Assembly (NCBI GenBank): GCA_965243235.1
Contig: CBDEUI010000004.1
Location: 1,298,031-1,362,030, forward strand
Source: Dehalococcoidia bacterium
Lineage (GTDB): Bacteria > Chloroflexota > Dehalococcoidia > Lucifugimonadales > Lucifugimonadaceae
Direction: 5' to 3'
Length of the DNA: 64,000 nt
A program made the position numbers and the translations under genes. Shown in pieces: positions 28,840 through 37,369 of this stretch; the stretch's first letter is position 1, and each line of letters starts with the position of its first letter. The notes beneath the pieces are model-generated. The model was not told the DNA's origin and did no database searches. It was given only the letters and a program-made list of their open reading frames with translations.

Positions 28840-28887
28840 CCAACCGCCTCTGAGAGAAGAGGAACGATGAGGATTTGGAATGACGTA

Positions 28888-29361
28888 CTAAATCGCCGCG
28901 ACCGCTGCCTTCACATCATCGTACGAAGGCTCGTTCAGCGGAGAATCAGAAACCCATGCCCAGCGGACGTGCCCATCGCCGTCGATGACGAATACCGAGC
29001 GTTGGGCGACGTTGTAGCCTTCGATGCCGGCAAGGTTCGGGAGGCTTACTCCATACGCGTCGACAGTGGCACCGCCGAGGTCGCTCAGGAGAGGGAAGGT
29101 GAGGTCGTTCTGGGAGTGGAATTCGGCTTGCGAGAACGGAGGATCAACAGAGATGCCGAAGACTTTGGCGTTCATGCCGTTGAATTCAGCGAGAGAGTCG
29201 CGGAATGTGCACATCTCGGTCTGGCAAACGCCGGTGAAGGCAGCCGGGAAGAAGGCGAGGACGACGTTTGAGCCGCTCTGGTCGCTGAGAGAGACCATCT
29301 CTCCGTCTGTGGATCTGAGATTGAAATCTGGGGCGTGATCGCCCACCTTAACTGCGGCCAT
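28888..29361 (-). CDS. Peroxiredoxin (AhpC/TSA, AhpE/Bcp-like)
   Basis: 157 aa. [15 protein letters not shown] active-site context. Confidence 0.85.
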   Translation of the reverse strand: MAAVKVGDHAPDFNLRSTDGEMVSLSDQSGSNVVLAFFPAAFTGVCQTEMCTFRDSLAEFNGMNAKVFGISVDPPFSQAEFHSQNDLTFPLLSDLGGATVDAYGVSLPNLAGIEGYNVAQRSVFVIDGDGHVRWAWVSDSPLNEPSYDDVKAAVAAI

Positions 29362-29444
29362 GTTTAACTCCGTTGGATGTCGTGCAAATCAGTTGCTGGT
29401 TTAGATTGACGATAGCGATTCTACTAAGATTCGGGCTATCGTTA

Positions 29445-30566
29445 ATGGATGCGGTTCGATTGGACAAGGCAAAGGAAACGAATTTGAACGACGGGAAACT
29501 CAAGAAACGAGTGTTGGTAGTTGGCGCTGGCGCAGTTGGCAGCTATATCGGCGGATGGCTGGCACACACAGGTCACGACGTGGTTTTCGCCGATTCCTGG
29601 GCGGAGCAGGTAGACATTATCAACTCCGAGGGCTTGCGCGTCGAAGGCCCTCACGAGCCTTTCGTGTCCCATCCACGGGCCTTCCACCTCCATCAGTCGC
29701 AGGCGTTAGCCTTGGAGCCCAAGTTCGATATCGCGTTCATCGCAGTCAAGGCCTATGACACCTCTTGGGCAGCGCGCTTCGCATTGCGCTTCGTCAAGGA
29801 TGATGGCTACTTTGTGTCGTCACAGAACTGCATGCCGGACAGCGACATGGCAGACGCGATTGGCGCAGACCGATGCATCGGATTGATCATGTCGTCAATC
29901 GCGGTTCGGGTCGGCGGACCTGGATTATCGCAACGCGCGGGGACAAAGAGACGTCGAGATTTGGGACACATCGTATTCCGGGCAGGCGAACATGACGGTG
30001 CTGAATCGGAGCGAATCGCAGAGTTGATTTCGATACTCGAACCGATAGACGGTGGCAAGACGACGACCAATCTGCAAGGGGAGCGTTGGGCCAAGCTCTG
30101 TCAGAACAGCATGGGCAACCCGGTCGTCGGTGCTACGATGTGCGGATCAGCGACAGTCGCGTCGTCGCCGCGCGGGCGCGAGTTACAGATACGGTTGGCA
30201 TCAGAGTCAGCGCAGGTCGGATTGGCGTTGGGGCTGGATGTCGTTAGTTTTGGCAGCTCGACGCCGCAGAAATGGTCGGCAGCATCGACCGATGGCGAGA
30301 TGTACGAGGAACTCGACAACATGTTGGCGGCCAACGCGGGTGCCGGGACTGGAGATTGGCATCCGTCGATGGGTCAGGACGTTCAGAACGGTAGACCGTC
30401 AGAGATCGATTTCATGAACGGGCATGTGCTGAAGATGGGTCGAGAAGTAGGTGTCGCTACGCCGGTCACGGCGTCGATAGTCGATGCGATGCGCCAGGTT
30501 GATCGCGGAGAGTTGGTGCCTGACGAATCGAACATCGAATTGGTACTTTCGAACGCTGGTTTCTGA
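29445..30566 (+). CDS. Ketopantoate reductase (PanE/ApbA) family oxidoreductase
   Basis: Rossmann motif VVGAGAVGSYIGGWLA. Start placed at ATG 29445; the ORF track starts at 29373. Confidence 0.75.
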   Translation: MDAVRLDKAKETNLNDGKLKKRVLVVGAGAVGSYIGGWLAHTGHDVVFADSWAEQVDIINSEGLRVEGPHEPFVSHPRAFHLHQSQALALEPKFDIAFIAVKAYDTSWAARFALRFVKDDGYFVSSQNCMPDSDMADAIGADRCIGLIMSSIAVRVGGPGLSQRAGTKRRRDLGHIVFRAGEHDGAESERIAELISILEPIDGGKTTTNLQGERWAKLCQNSMGNPVVGATMCGSATVASSPRGRELQIRLASESAQVGLALGLDVVSFGSSTPQKWSAASTDGEMYEELDNMLAANAGAGTGDWHPSMGQDVQNGRPSEIDFMNGHVLKMGREVGVATPVTASIVDAMRQVDRGELVPDESNIELVLSNAGF

Positions 30567-30580
30567 GCGATTCGCGAACC

Positions 30581-33466
30581 TTGATTTCAGACGACATCTC
30601 AAAACCCCCTTCAATTCCCCCTTTCCCAAAGGGGGAGGGAGAGAAGGTCTCGCCACGCGCCGAGACTTTGGTGGCGTTGGACCTTGAGACGACTGGACTG
30701 AACTCTGCAAGCGATCGTATTATCGATGTCGGAGCGGTCAAATTCCGAGGCGATGAACAGATCGGCGAGTTCCATTCGCTGGTGAATCCGCGCTCCCGGC
30801 TATCGGATTTCATCGTTTCTCTCACAGGCATATCCCAAGCAGACGTCGACGATGCGCCGGATTGGAACGCGATCCGGGACGATCTCCAAGAGTTCATCGG
30901 CGATGCGAGGCTAGTAGGACACAACGTCGAGTTCGATGTCGGATTCCTACGCTCGCATCGGATCCACGTCGAGAAGCTCAGTTATGACACCGAGCAGATG
31001 GCGAGAGTCGCTTTGCCGGGAGGTCCGGAGTTCGGACTGGTTCGGCTGGCGCAACGGTTCGGAGTCCTGCATGACGATCCGCATCGGGCATTGTCGGATG
31101 CGTTAGCGTCGAGGGATCTCTTCCTGATATTGTTGGCGAGATTCGAGGCGATGCCGACAGCGGCTTTGACACGGATCGCCGCGTTAGGCTCGCGATCGAA
31201 CTGGAGTGTCAGCGAGTTGGCATCCAATATGGTGGCCGCTGGCGATGGGACCGACGAAATAGTAGGTCGACTTGGGATTGACGAAGATCTGTTGAGCGAT
31301 CGCATTAGGCTGCCGGGCAGACCAGCAACTTGGGGCGAAGGAGCCAGCGAGGATGAGGGTGGTTTTTCGGACGAACATGTAGTCCAAACGGAGATGGCGT
31401 TCTTGCCCGGAGGCTTGGTGGAGGAGACGATGCCAGCGTTCGAGGCTCGGGACGGACAGCGCGAAATGGCGGTAGCGGTCGCCCGCGCGATTGCCGGTCA
31501 GCAAAAGCTGATGGTTGAAGCAGGAACCGGGATCGGCAAATCATTGGCCTATCTTCTGCCAGCCGCGTTGATGGTTGCAGGACAGGGCGGCAGGGCTGTG
31601 ATCTCAACCAACACGCTGAACCTGCAAGAGCAGCTTTTGAACAAAGATTTCGGAACGGTTCGAGAAATCGTGAAGCGGGAAACAGGCGTCGAGTTGGACG
31701 CGGTGCAGCTGAAGGGGCGGTCAAACTACCTGTGTGTCCAGAGATGGCGGGATGCGGTTTCGCAACCTAATCATGACCAGTCGGAAGCGCGGGTGTTATC
31801 GCAATGCATGAATTGGCTTGGCAAGACCGAGACGGGAGACCGGTCTGAGTTGTCTTTGGGGTGGGATACCGGGATTTTCAGTCGTCTTTCAGCGGAAGGT
31901 TGTCCTCCGACCACAGTTGGCGGTGGTTACCCCTGTCAGGGTCCTCCATGTTTCATGCTCAAGGCACGTTCGGACGCGCACCAAGCCGATGTCCTGATAG
32001 TCAATCACGCGCTACTGATTAGCGATATGGCAGCAGAGAACAATATCCTGCCGCCTCATCAAGTCTTGGTAATTGACGAGGCTCACCACCTGCGCGACGT
32101 TGCTACTCGCCATCTCGGATTCGAAATCAGGGAAACGCAGTTCATGGACGATCTTGGCGCTTTGACGCGGGCCGATGGGATGTTCCCCCGTCTGGTTCGC
32201 CTCGCCACATCGCGCGGCGGAGGGGAAGAGGCGCTATCGTCTGTGCCCGACCTGCAACGCCGAGTCGTTGAAGCGGCAGACAAGGCGACGCTCGAGTCGA
32301 GCCGGATGTTTGAGGCACTTCGCGACCTGACGGGTTACGTGACGCGGCAGGAACGGACACGCGAGATGCGGATTTTGGGAATGACACGCATCACGAGCGA
32401 ATGGCGGCGGGGCGTTGACGAGCCATGGGTCGTGCTGCACCCGGCGTTGAGCACGGTCGTCACAGGACTGCGCTCGTTGTTGGATCTAGCGGGTAACGAT
32501 AGTCAACCAGACGCCGCGGTCATAAACGTCAACGCTCTCTACGAGCGTCTTAGAGACATCAATAGTTGGTTGATGGCCCTGATCGAGCAGCCCGACGAGA
32601 ACTTCGTCTATTGGAGTTCAGTGAATCAGCGCCGAAACATGGAACTCCATCTCAGCGGTGCACCTCTGGATGTGGCCTCGGAATTGCGATCGGGACTGTT
32701 TAGTCAAGACCGTGCCCACATCTTGACTGGTGCCACGATTAGTGAATCTGGCAGTTTCGAACGCGTTCAGACCACGTTAGGTTTCGATGCGGACGAGACT
32801 CTGAGCATCGGTTCTCCGTTCGATTTCAAGAACGCAGCACTGATCTTGGTGCCTGAAGATATCCCGCAGCCCAACACGCCCGGTTACAACGAAGCGGTCA
32901 CAAGCGCGGTTCACGACATTGCGTCGGCGACGCAGGGTCGGACTCTCGCATTGTTCACTGCGAACTCGGCGCTGAACAACACTCGTGACGTGCTGTTCAA
33001 CCAATTCAAGAACACGGAGACTCAGGTGTTTGGTCAAGGCCGGGACGGCCCAGCGGCGCGGGTGATGCAGCTTTTGAACGATACCGAGAACGCCGTCGCG
33101 TTGGGAGCGATGAGCCTGTGGGAAGGCATCGATCTGCAGGACGCGTCGATCGATTCGCTGGTGATGACAAGACTCCCATTTCCGGTGCCGCGAGATCCGA
33201 TTCACGAGGCTCGGTCAGAGAATCTTGAGAACCCGTTCAATGGGTATTTCGTCCCAGAGGCAGTCACGAAGTTCCGCCAAGGTTTCGGCAGATTAATACG
33301 TTCTCGAACTGACCGGGGCGTTTTTGTCGTTTTAGATAGGCGCATCATCTCGAAGAGATACGGACGATTGTTCCAGAAATCTATCCCGCAGGGCACGGTT
33401 CGACGTGTCACGTTAGGCACGATTTCAGAGTACGTGGAGAAATGGTTGGCGGGAGTGCCGGTTTGA
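30581..33466 (+). CDS. dinG: DinG-family ATP-dependent DNA helicase fused to an N-terminal DnaQ-like 3'-5' exonuclease
   Basis: Exonuclease motif ALDLETTGL. Helicase motifs AGTGIGKS and DEAHH. A four-Cys Fe-S region is present. The true start is uncertain; TTG 30668 or GTG 30671 is plausible, because 30581-30667 consists of hairpin repeats. Confidence 0.85.
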   Translation: MISDDISKPPSIPPFPKGEGEKVSPRAETLVALDLETTGLNSASDRIIDVGAVKFRGDEQIGEFHSLVNPRSRLSDFIVSLTGISQADVDDAPDWNAIRDDLQEFIGDARLVGHNVEFDVGFLRSHRIHVEKLSYDTEQMARVALPGGPEFGLVRLAQRFGVLHDDPHRALSDALASRDLFLILLARFEAMPTAALTRIAALGSRSNWSVSELASNMVAAGDGTDEIVGRLGIDEDLLSDRIRLPGRPATWGEGASEDEGGFSDEHVVQTEMAFLPGGLVEETMPAFEARDGQREMAVAVARAIAGQQKLMVEAGTGIGKSLAYLLPAALMVAGQGGRAVISTNTLNLQEQLLNKDFGTVREIVKRETGVELDAVQLKGRSNYLCVQRWRDAVSQPNHDQSEARVLSQCMNWLGKTETGDRSELSLGWDTGIFSRLSAEGCPPTTVGGGYPCQGPPCFMLKARSDAHQADVLIVNHALLISDMAAENNILPPHQVLVIDEAHHLRDVATRHLGFEIRETQFMDDLGALTRADGMFPRLVRLATSRGGGEEALSSVPDLQRRVVEAADKATLESSRMFEALRDLTGYVTRQERTREMRILGMTRITSEWRRGVDEPWVVLHPALSTVVTGLRSLLDLAGNDSQPDAAVINVNALYERLRDINSWLMALIEQPDENFVYWSSVNQRRNMELHLSGAPLDVASELRSGLFSQDRAHILTGATISESGSFERVQTTLGFDADETLSIGSPFDFKNAALILVPEDIPQPNTPGYNEAVTSAVHDIASATQGRTLALFTANSALNNTRDVLFNQFKNTETQVFGQGRDGPAARVMQLLNDTENAVALGAMSLWEGIDLQDASIDSLVMTRLPFPVPRDPIHEARSENLENPFNGYFVPEAVTKFRQGFGRLIRSRTDRGVFVVLDRRIISKRYGRLFQKSIPQGTVRRVTLGTISEYVEKWLAGVPV
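30617..30666 (+). terminator. Two hairpins between the PanE-like gene and dinG
   Basis: Hairpin 1: CCCCCTTT-CCC-AAAGGGGG (30617-30635). Hairpin 2: GTCTCG-CCACGCGC-CGAGAC (30647-30666). No clear U-tract follows. Confidence 0.35.
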
Positions 33467-34359
33467 AATCTGCTACCGAATTGTCGGACACCGAACAAAG
33501 TGAAATCGTCTCATTGAAGCTCGATGTCGAGCCTTTCGATTTGCAGCAGACTTTAGACGGTGGTCAGGCATTCAGATGGTACGGCGCTGGCCATGGGATG
33601 TTCCGCGGAGTTTTGGGTTCTTGCGTTGTAACCATAGAACGCGACGGAACAATCGTTTCGGTAGACAGGACGAACGGAATTGATTGCAAAGCTCTAAGGC
33701 GTGACATCGAAGACTACCTAGTCGCGACCGCTGATGTAGCGAGGTTGCGTGCGTTGCTCTCGGGTGAGCCGGGGTTCGGACATGATGTCGCCGAGTCACC
33801 GCTAATCCGTGTAATGCGGCAAGAGCCTTGGGAATGCTTGGTTGGATTCATCTGCTCGCAGAACTCGAACATTCCTCGCATCAAGCAGATGGTGGCCGCC
33901 GTTGCACGGATGGGGCGGCGCATCGGATCCCAAGATTGGGCTTTCGAGTTGCCGGATCCAAATGTGGTCGCCGACGCTGGCGAAACGTACCTGCGTGAGG
34001 TCGGATTGGGTTATCGTGCCAAACATCTCGCGTCAACTGCCGAGATGTTGGTGAATTCATCGGATATCGGCGAACTGCGCGACGCATCATACTACGACGC
34101 GAAAGAAGCATTGATGGAGTTTCCGGGAGTGGGACCGAAGGTGGCAGACTGCGTGCTGGCTTACTCGTTGGACAAGGGCGAGGCGTTCCCCGTGGATGTG
34201 CACGTTCGGCGTGCTGCAATCCGACTCTACGGTCTCGACGAGGACATCAAGAACGACGCCGTAGGGGAATGGGCCCGCGATCGTTTCGGCGAATACGCAG
34301 CGTGGGCGCAACTCTACATGTTCCGCGACGAGATCAACCGCCGGCTAAACGGCGCATGA
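33442..34359 (+). CDS. 8-oxoguanine DNA glycosylase / HhH-GPD family N-glycosylase-lyase
   Basis: GGQAFRW N-terminal domain and HhH-GPD motif FPGVGPKVADCVL...D. Overlaps the dinG 3' end by 25 nt if it starts at 33442. A later TTG near 33514 is also possible. Confidence 0.8.
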   Translation: MVGGSAGLKSATELSDTEQSEIVSLKLDVEPFDLQQTLDGGQAFRWYGAGHGMFRGVLGSCVVTIERDGTIVSVDRTNGIDCKALRRDIEDYLVATADVARLRALLSGEPGFGHDVAESPLIRVMRQEPWECLVGFICSQNSNIPRIKQMVAAVARMGRRIGSQDWAFELPDPNVVADAGETYLREVGLGYRAKHLASTAEMLVNSSDIGELRDASYYDAKEALMEFPGVGPKVADCVLAYSLDKGEAFPVDVHVRRAAIRLYGLDEDIKNDAVGEWARDRFGEYAAWAQLYMFRDEINRRLNGA

Positions 34360-35569
34360 CGTAGGCGCGTTCCTCGCCGGCGTTCGAGATCGAGCCTTCA
34401 ATGCGGGCTACCAGCAACTCGTCCAAAATTTGGCCGATCATCGGACCGCGCTCAACTCCGAGCGAGATCAAGTCGTCGCCATTGATAGCGGTTCGCATAG
34501 GTCGCAACCGATCTCTAAAATCGACCAAACGTCGCGAAACCTCAGAGTCGGTTTCGACGCAGATCGCAGCGCGGACGACTTCGTCGCGGACATCAATGAG
34601 CGATCGCCACAGTTCGACATCATTAAGATGTTCGCTTCGGAATCTCTTTGCAACGTTACCTACGATGTCGGTTTCACTGACGATTGCGCACCAATCCGAC
34701 GGTATCCTCAACCTCTCTGCGAGATTGGTCATCACACCCATTGGCGCAAGATAAGCGAAAGCAGCGAATCGTTCGGACTCAGTAGCGTCCTGAGAAATTT
34801 GTCGGAATGCCCCATCCCGAAAATCGGCGGTGGGAACGAATACGTTCAATATCCCATGTTTGGCTGCCATCGTCGTCAAGGCGCCTAGATCTTCGTGAGG
34901 TTGGAACCATAGACGAAACTCGTTGAAAACCCTTTGTGGCGACGCGTCACACATTTTTTCTAGGTGACGTAATGACGGCTGTGCCTCTTTCGCGGTTTCA
35001 GCGTCAAATGTGTAGCCGTACCGCGCAGCAAGTCGGACGCCACGCAACATGCGCAATGGGTCTTCGGCGAACGAATCATTGCGGATCACGCGCAGGATTT
35101 TTCTTGCCACGTCTCGCCGCCCCTTGAACGGATCGATTACTACTCCGAGGCCGTCGCAGGAAAGTTGGATTGCCATTGCGTTCACACTGAAGTCTCGCCT
35201 CTCCAGATCGGCATGTATGTTGTCAACCAGTGTTATCTGGGGCAATGAGCCCCAAGGTTCGTATAGGTCGGTACGCGCCGAAGCGATATCGATAGTCAGG
35301 CATCCGATATTGACTTTGACGGTGTGGAGCTGCGATGCGGATAGCAACGAACAATTGGCGTTTTCTTCGGTTAATGCCTCGGCGAACTTTACGGCATCAC
35401 CGATGATGGTTATGTCAGGCGAGGTGGCGATTTTCGGGAGCCGTGCAACGATGTCACGAACCATGCCGCCCACCAAATAGGCTTTGGTGTCATGGTTTGA
35501 CGCGGCGCGCGCGATCGTTCCGATAGCGTGGATCGACGCGTCTGGTAATCGGACATCGTCGAGCGACAA
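34334..35569 (-). CDS. CCA-adding enzyme / poly(A) polymerase-family tRNA nucleotidyltransferase
   Basis: YLVGGMVRD and RRDFSVNAMA motifs. The ORF is open to 35815, but that N-terminal stretch is Arg-rich and non-protein-like. TTG 35569 is a plausible start. Confidence 0.75.
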   Translation of the reverse strand: MSLDDVRLPDASIHAIGTIARAASNHDTKAYLVGGMVRDIVARLPKIATSPDITIIGDAVKFAEALTEENANCSLLSASQLHTVKVNIGCLTIDIASARTDLYEPWGSLPQITLVDNIHADLERRDFSVNAMAIQLSCDGLGVVIDPFKGRRDVARKILRVIRNDSFAEDPLRMLRGVRLAARYGYTFDAETAKEAQPSLRHLEKMCDASPQRVFNEFRLWFQPHEDLGALTTMAAKHGILNVFVPTADFRDGAFRQISQDATESERFAAFAYLAPMGVMTNLAERLRIPSDWCAIVSETDIVGNVAKRFRSEHLNDVELWRSLIDVRDEVVRAAICVETDSEVSRRLVDFRDRLRPMRTAINGDDLISLGVERGPMIGQILDELLVARIEGSISNAGEERAYVMRRLAGG

Positions 35570-35777
35570 ATATCCGCCGTCGCTATTCGGGTTTTCGTGC
35601 GTTTGATTGATCACTGGGCCGATATTTGGATCGATGGTCGCGAAATTGTTGATCAATGCGATGTTGGGTTCGCTGGTAGAATCTCTACGAGTTCGTGAAT
35701 TCCGAAATCTACGTGGACGCGTGTCGTTAGGATATCTGTAACACCTGAGCGTCCAATTGAAGAAAGGTCGGCCGACC

Positions 35778-36413
35778 ATGATTAACGACCTACCTATGAA
35801 AATCGATGTGTTCATCGACTACACCTGACCCTGGGTCCGCCAAGCTGGGATCTGGTTATCCCGGGTGAAGAATGAATTAGGCGACGACTTGCAGTTGAAT
35901 TACCGCAGTTTCGCGTTGGAGCAGGTGAATTCCAAAGAAGGACCAGATTGGAAGGCTTGGGAGCAGGGGCCGGATTACGAAAGCCGTGGTCTGTGGTCGT
36001 TGAGAGGTGGTATCGCGGCGCGGATGCAAGGCTACGACGCACACGACAAGTTCATGCTGGAGTTGCAGCATTTCAAGTTCGTTGAACGCGGCGACATCCG
36101 GGATCGGGAGCCGATAGTGGAGGCAGCACAGCGGGCCGGGCTTGACATCGACAAATTCGTCGCCGACCTCGATTCGCCAGAGCGACTTGCAGAAATCGGA
36201 CGAGACCATGAGGAGGCAGTGTCAAAGGGAATCTTCGGAACCCCCACGTTCATTTTCGAAGATGGCTCCGCGGCCTTCCTCAAGACGTTTACTCCTCCCG
36301 AGGAAGATTCCTTGGCTGCGTTCGAAAACATGGTGCTGATGGCGCGCAACCGTCCGTACTTTGGCGAGTTGAAGCGACCACAGCCGCCTTGGCCTCAGGG
36401 TGTAGAGGTCTGA
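35778..36413 (+). CDS. DsbA/FrnE-like thioredoxin-fold protein with in-frame TGA (35826-35828) at the active-site position; candidate selenoprotein
   Basis: Extending the frame of ORF 35865-36413 upstream gives M(35778)INDLPM(35796)KIDVFIDYT-TGA-PWVRQAGIWLSRVKNELGDD... GAAAGG lies 10 nt before ATG 35778. The cis-Pro region GIFGTPTFIF lies downstream. selC is present in the window. Confidence 0.6.
35845..35864 (+). promoter_or_regulatory. Candidate bacterial SECIS stem-loop
   Basis: CUGGGAU-[CUGGUU]-AUCCCGG: a 7-bp stem including one G-U pair, with a GU-containing apical loop. It starts 17 nt after the UGA. Confidence 0.35.
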
Positions 36414-36417
36414 GTCC

Positions 36418-37350
36418 TTGGCTCCTGAAATCATTCCAGAATCGGAAATAGACGAGCTTGAAACCAAGCTCGGAGTCAACTTCTCAAATCGAAGCTTGTT
36501 GCGTCAAGCATTGACGCACGAGTCGTTCGTCAACGAATGGGGCGCTGATGACGTTGAGAGAGGTATGCAATCGTACGAGCGCTTGGAGTACCTCGGCGAC
36601 GCAGTGTTGAACTACACAGTTGCCAACGCTCTGTTCGAGCGATCGTTGACCGCTACAGAAGGTGAAATGTCGATCGGGAGAGCGCACATCGTTTGCAGGG
36701 ATTCCCTAGCGCAAGCCGCACAGCGCTTGAACCTAGGCGACCACGTTTTGCGCGGCAAAGGCGAAGCAGCGTACAGCCCAAACGTCAGAGAATCCGTCCT
36801 AGAGGATTCTTTTGAGGCGATTATCGGAGCTATTCACGAGGATCAGGGCTACGAAGCGGCGAGCGGATTCGTTTTTCGGCACCTAGGAAAGCAGATTGAG
36901 CGAGTCGCCGCGCATGGCGTGGACAAAGACCCCAAATCGGCGTTTCAGGAGTTGGTGCAAGGCATCGGACTCCGGACGCCACGTTACTGGACGGGTAATG
37001 CCGGCACTGGTGCCGACGGTCAGCAACAATACGTCGCCAGGGTATCCATTGACGGAGAGATCGTCGCGTCAGGTTTCGGGAATAGCAAGTCGAAGGCGCA
37101 GAAGAGCGCCGCGGCGAATGCCCAATCGATCTTTGCCGACGGCGTACCGGAAAAATTCGTCAAGACTGCAATGAAATCCCAAAAAGCTGCTGCTACAAGC
37201 GGACAGACTTCGATCTCGTCTTCGGGTGTCAGAGCGTCTGGATCGACGTTCGATGGCTTCAGGCGCATTGGAAACTGGTTGGGCAATGTTGTGCTCCGCA
37301 GGAACAACTCATCACCCCGCCGACAGTTAATCTACAAGCGCTCCGATTAG
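36418..37350 (+). CDS. rnc: Ribonuclease III with C-terminal extension
   Basis: ERLEYLGDAVL signature and a dsRBD region, plus about 70 extra low-complexity C-terminal residues. Confidence 0.9.
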   Translation: MAPEIIPESEIDELETKLGVNFSNRSLLRQALTHESFVNEWGADDVERGMQSYERLEYLGDAVLNYTVANALFERSLTATEGEMSIGRAHIVCRDSLAQAAQRLNLGDHVLRGKGEAAYSPNVRESVLEDSFEAIIGAIHEDQGYEAASGFVFRHLGKQIERVAAHGVDKDPKSAFQELVQGIGLRTPRYWTGNAGTGADGQQQYVARVSIDGEIVASGFGNSKSKAQKSAAANAQSIFADGVPEKFVKTAMKSQKAAATSGQTSISSSGVRASGSTFDGFRRIGNWLGNVVLRRNNSSPRRQLIYKRSD

Positions 37351-37369
37351 CGCAGCAATCGTTCTTTGG

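Noticed and set aside
28130-28860. I tested the long spacer as tmRNA (including the permuted two-piece form), RNase P RNA, 6S RNA or a tRNA pseudogene.
   Set aside because: Neither strand has GGAAAGUCC or ACAGAANCCGGCUUA-type P4 strands. The minus-strand T-arm-like CGATG-TTCGAAT-CATCG (28738-28754) is followed by CCGCGCC-G-TTT, with no CCA. No matching GGCGCGG 5' acceptor strand lies at a sensible distance. I found no tag-like ORF ending in ...AA-stop. The region is left unclassified.
35570-35815. The N-terminal ~82 aa of the CCA-enzyme ORF (MNTSIFIGRSLIMVGRPFFNWTLRCYRYPNDTRPRRFRNSRTRR...).
   Set aside because: The sequence is Arg-rich and non-protein-like. It would overlap the start of the divergent DsbA-like gene. 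The conserved nucleotidyltransferase N-terminus begins much later.
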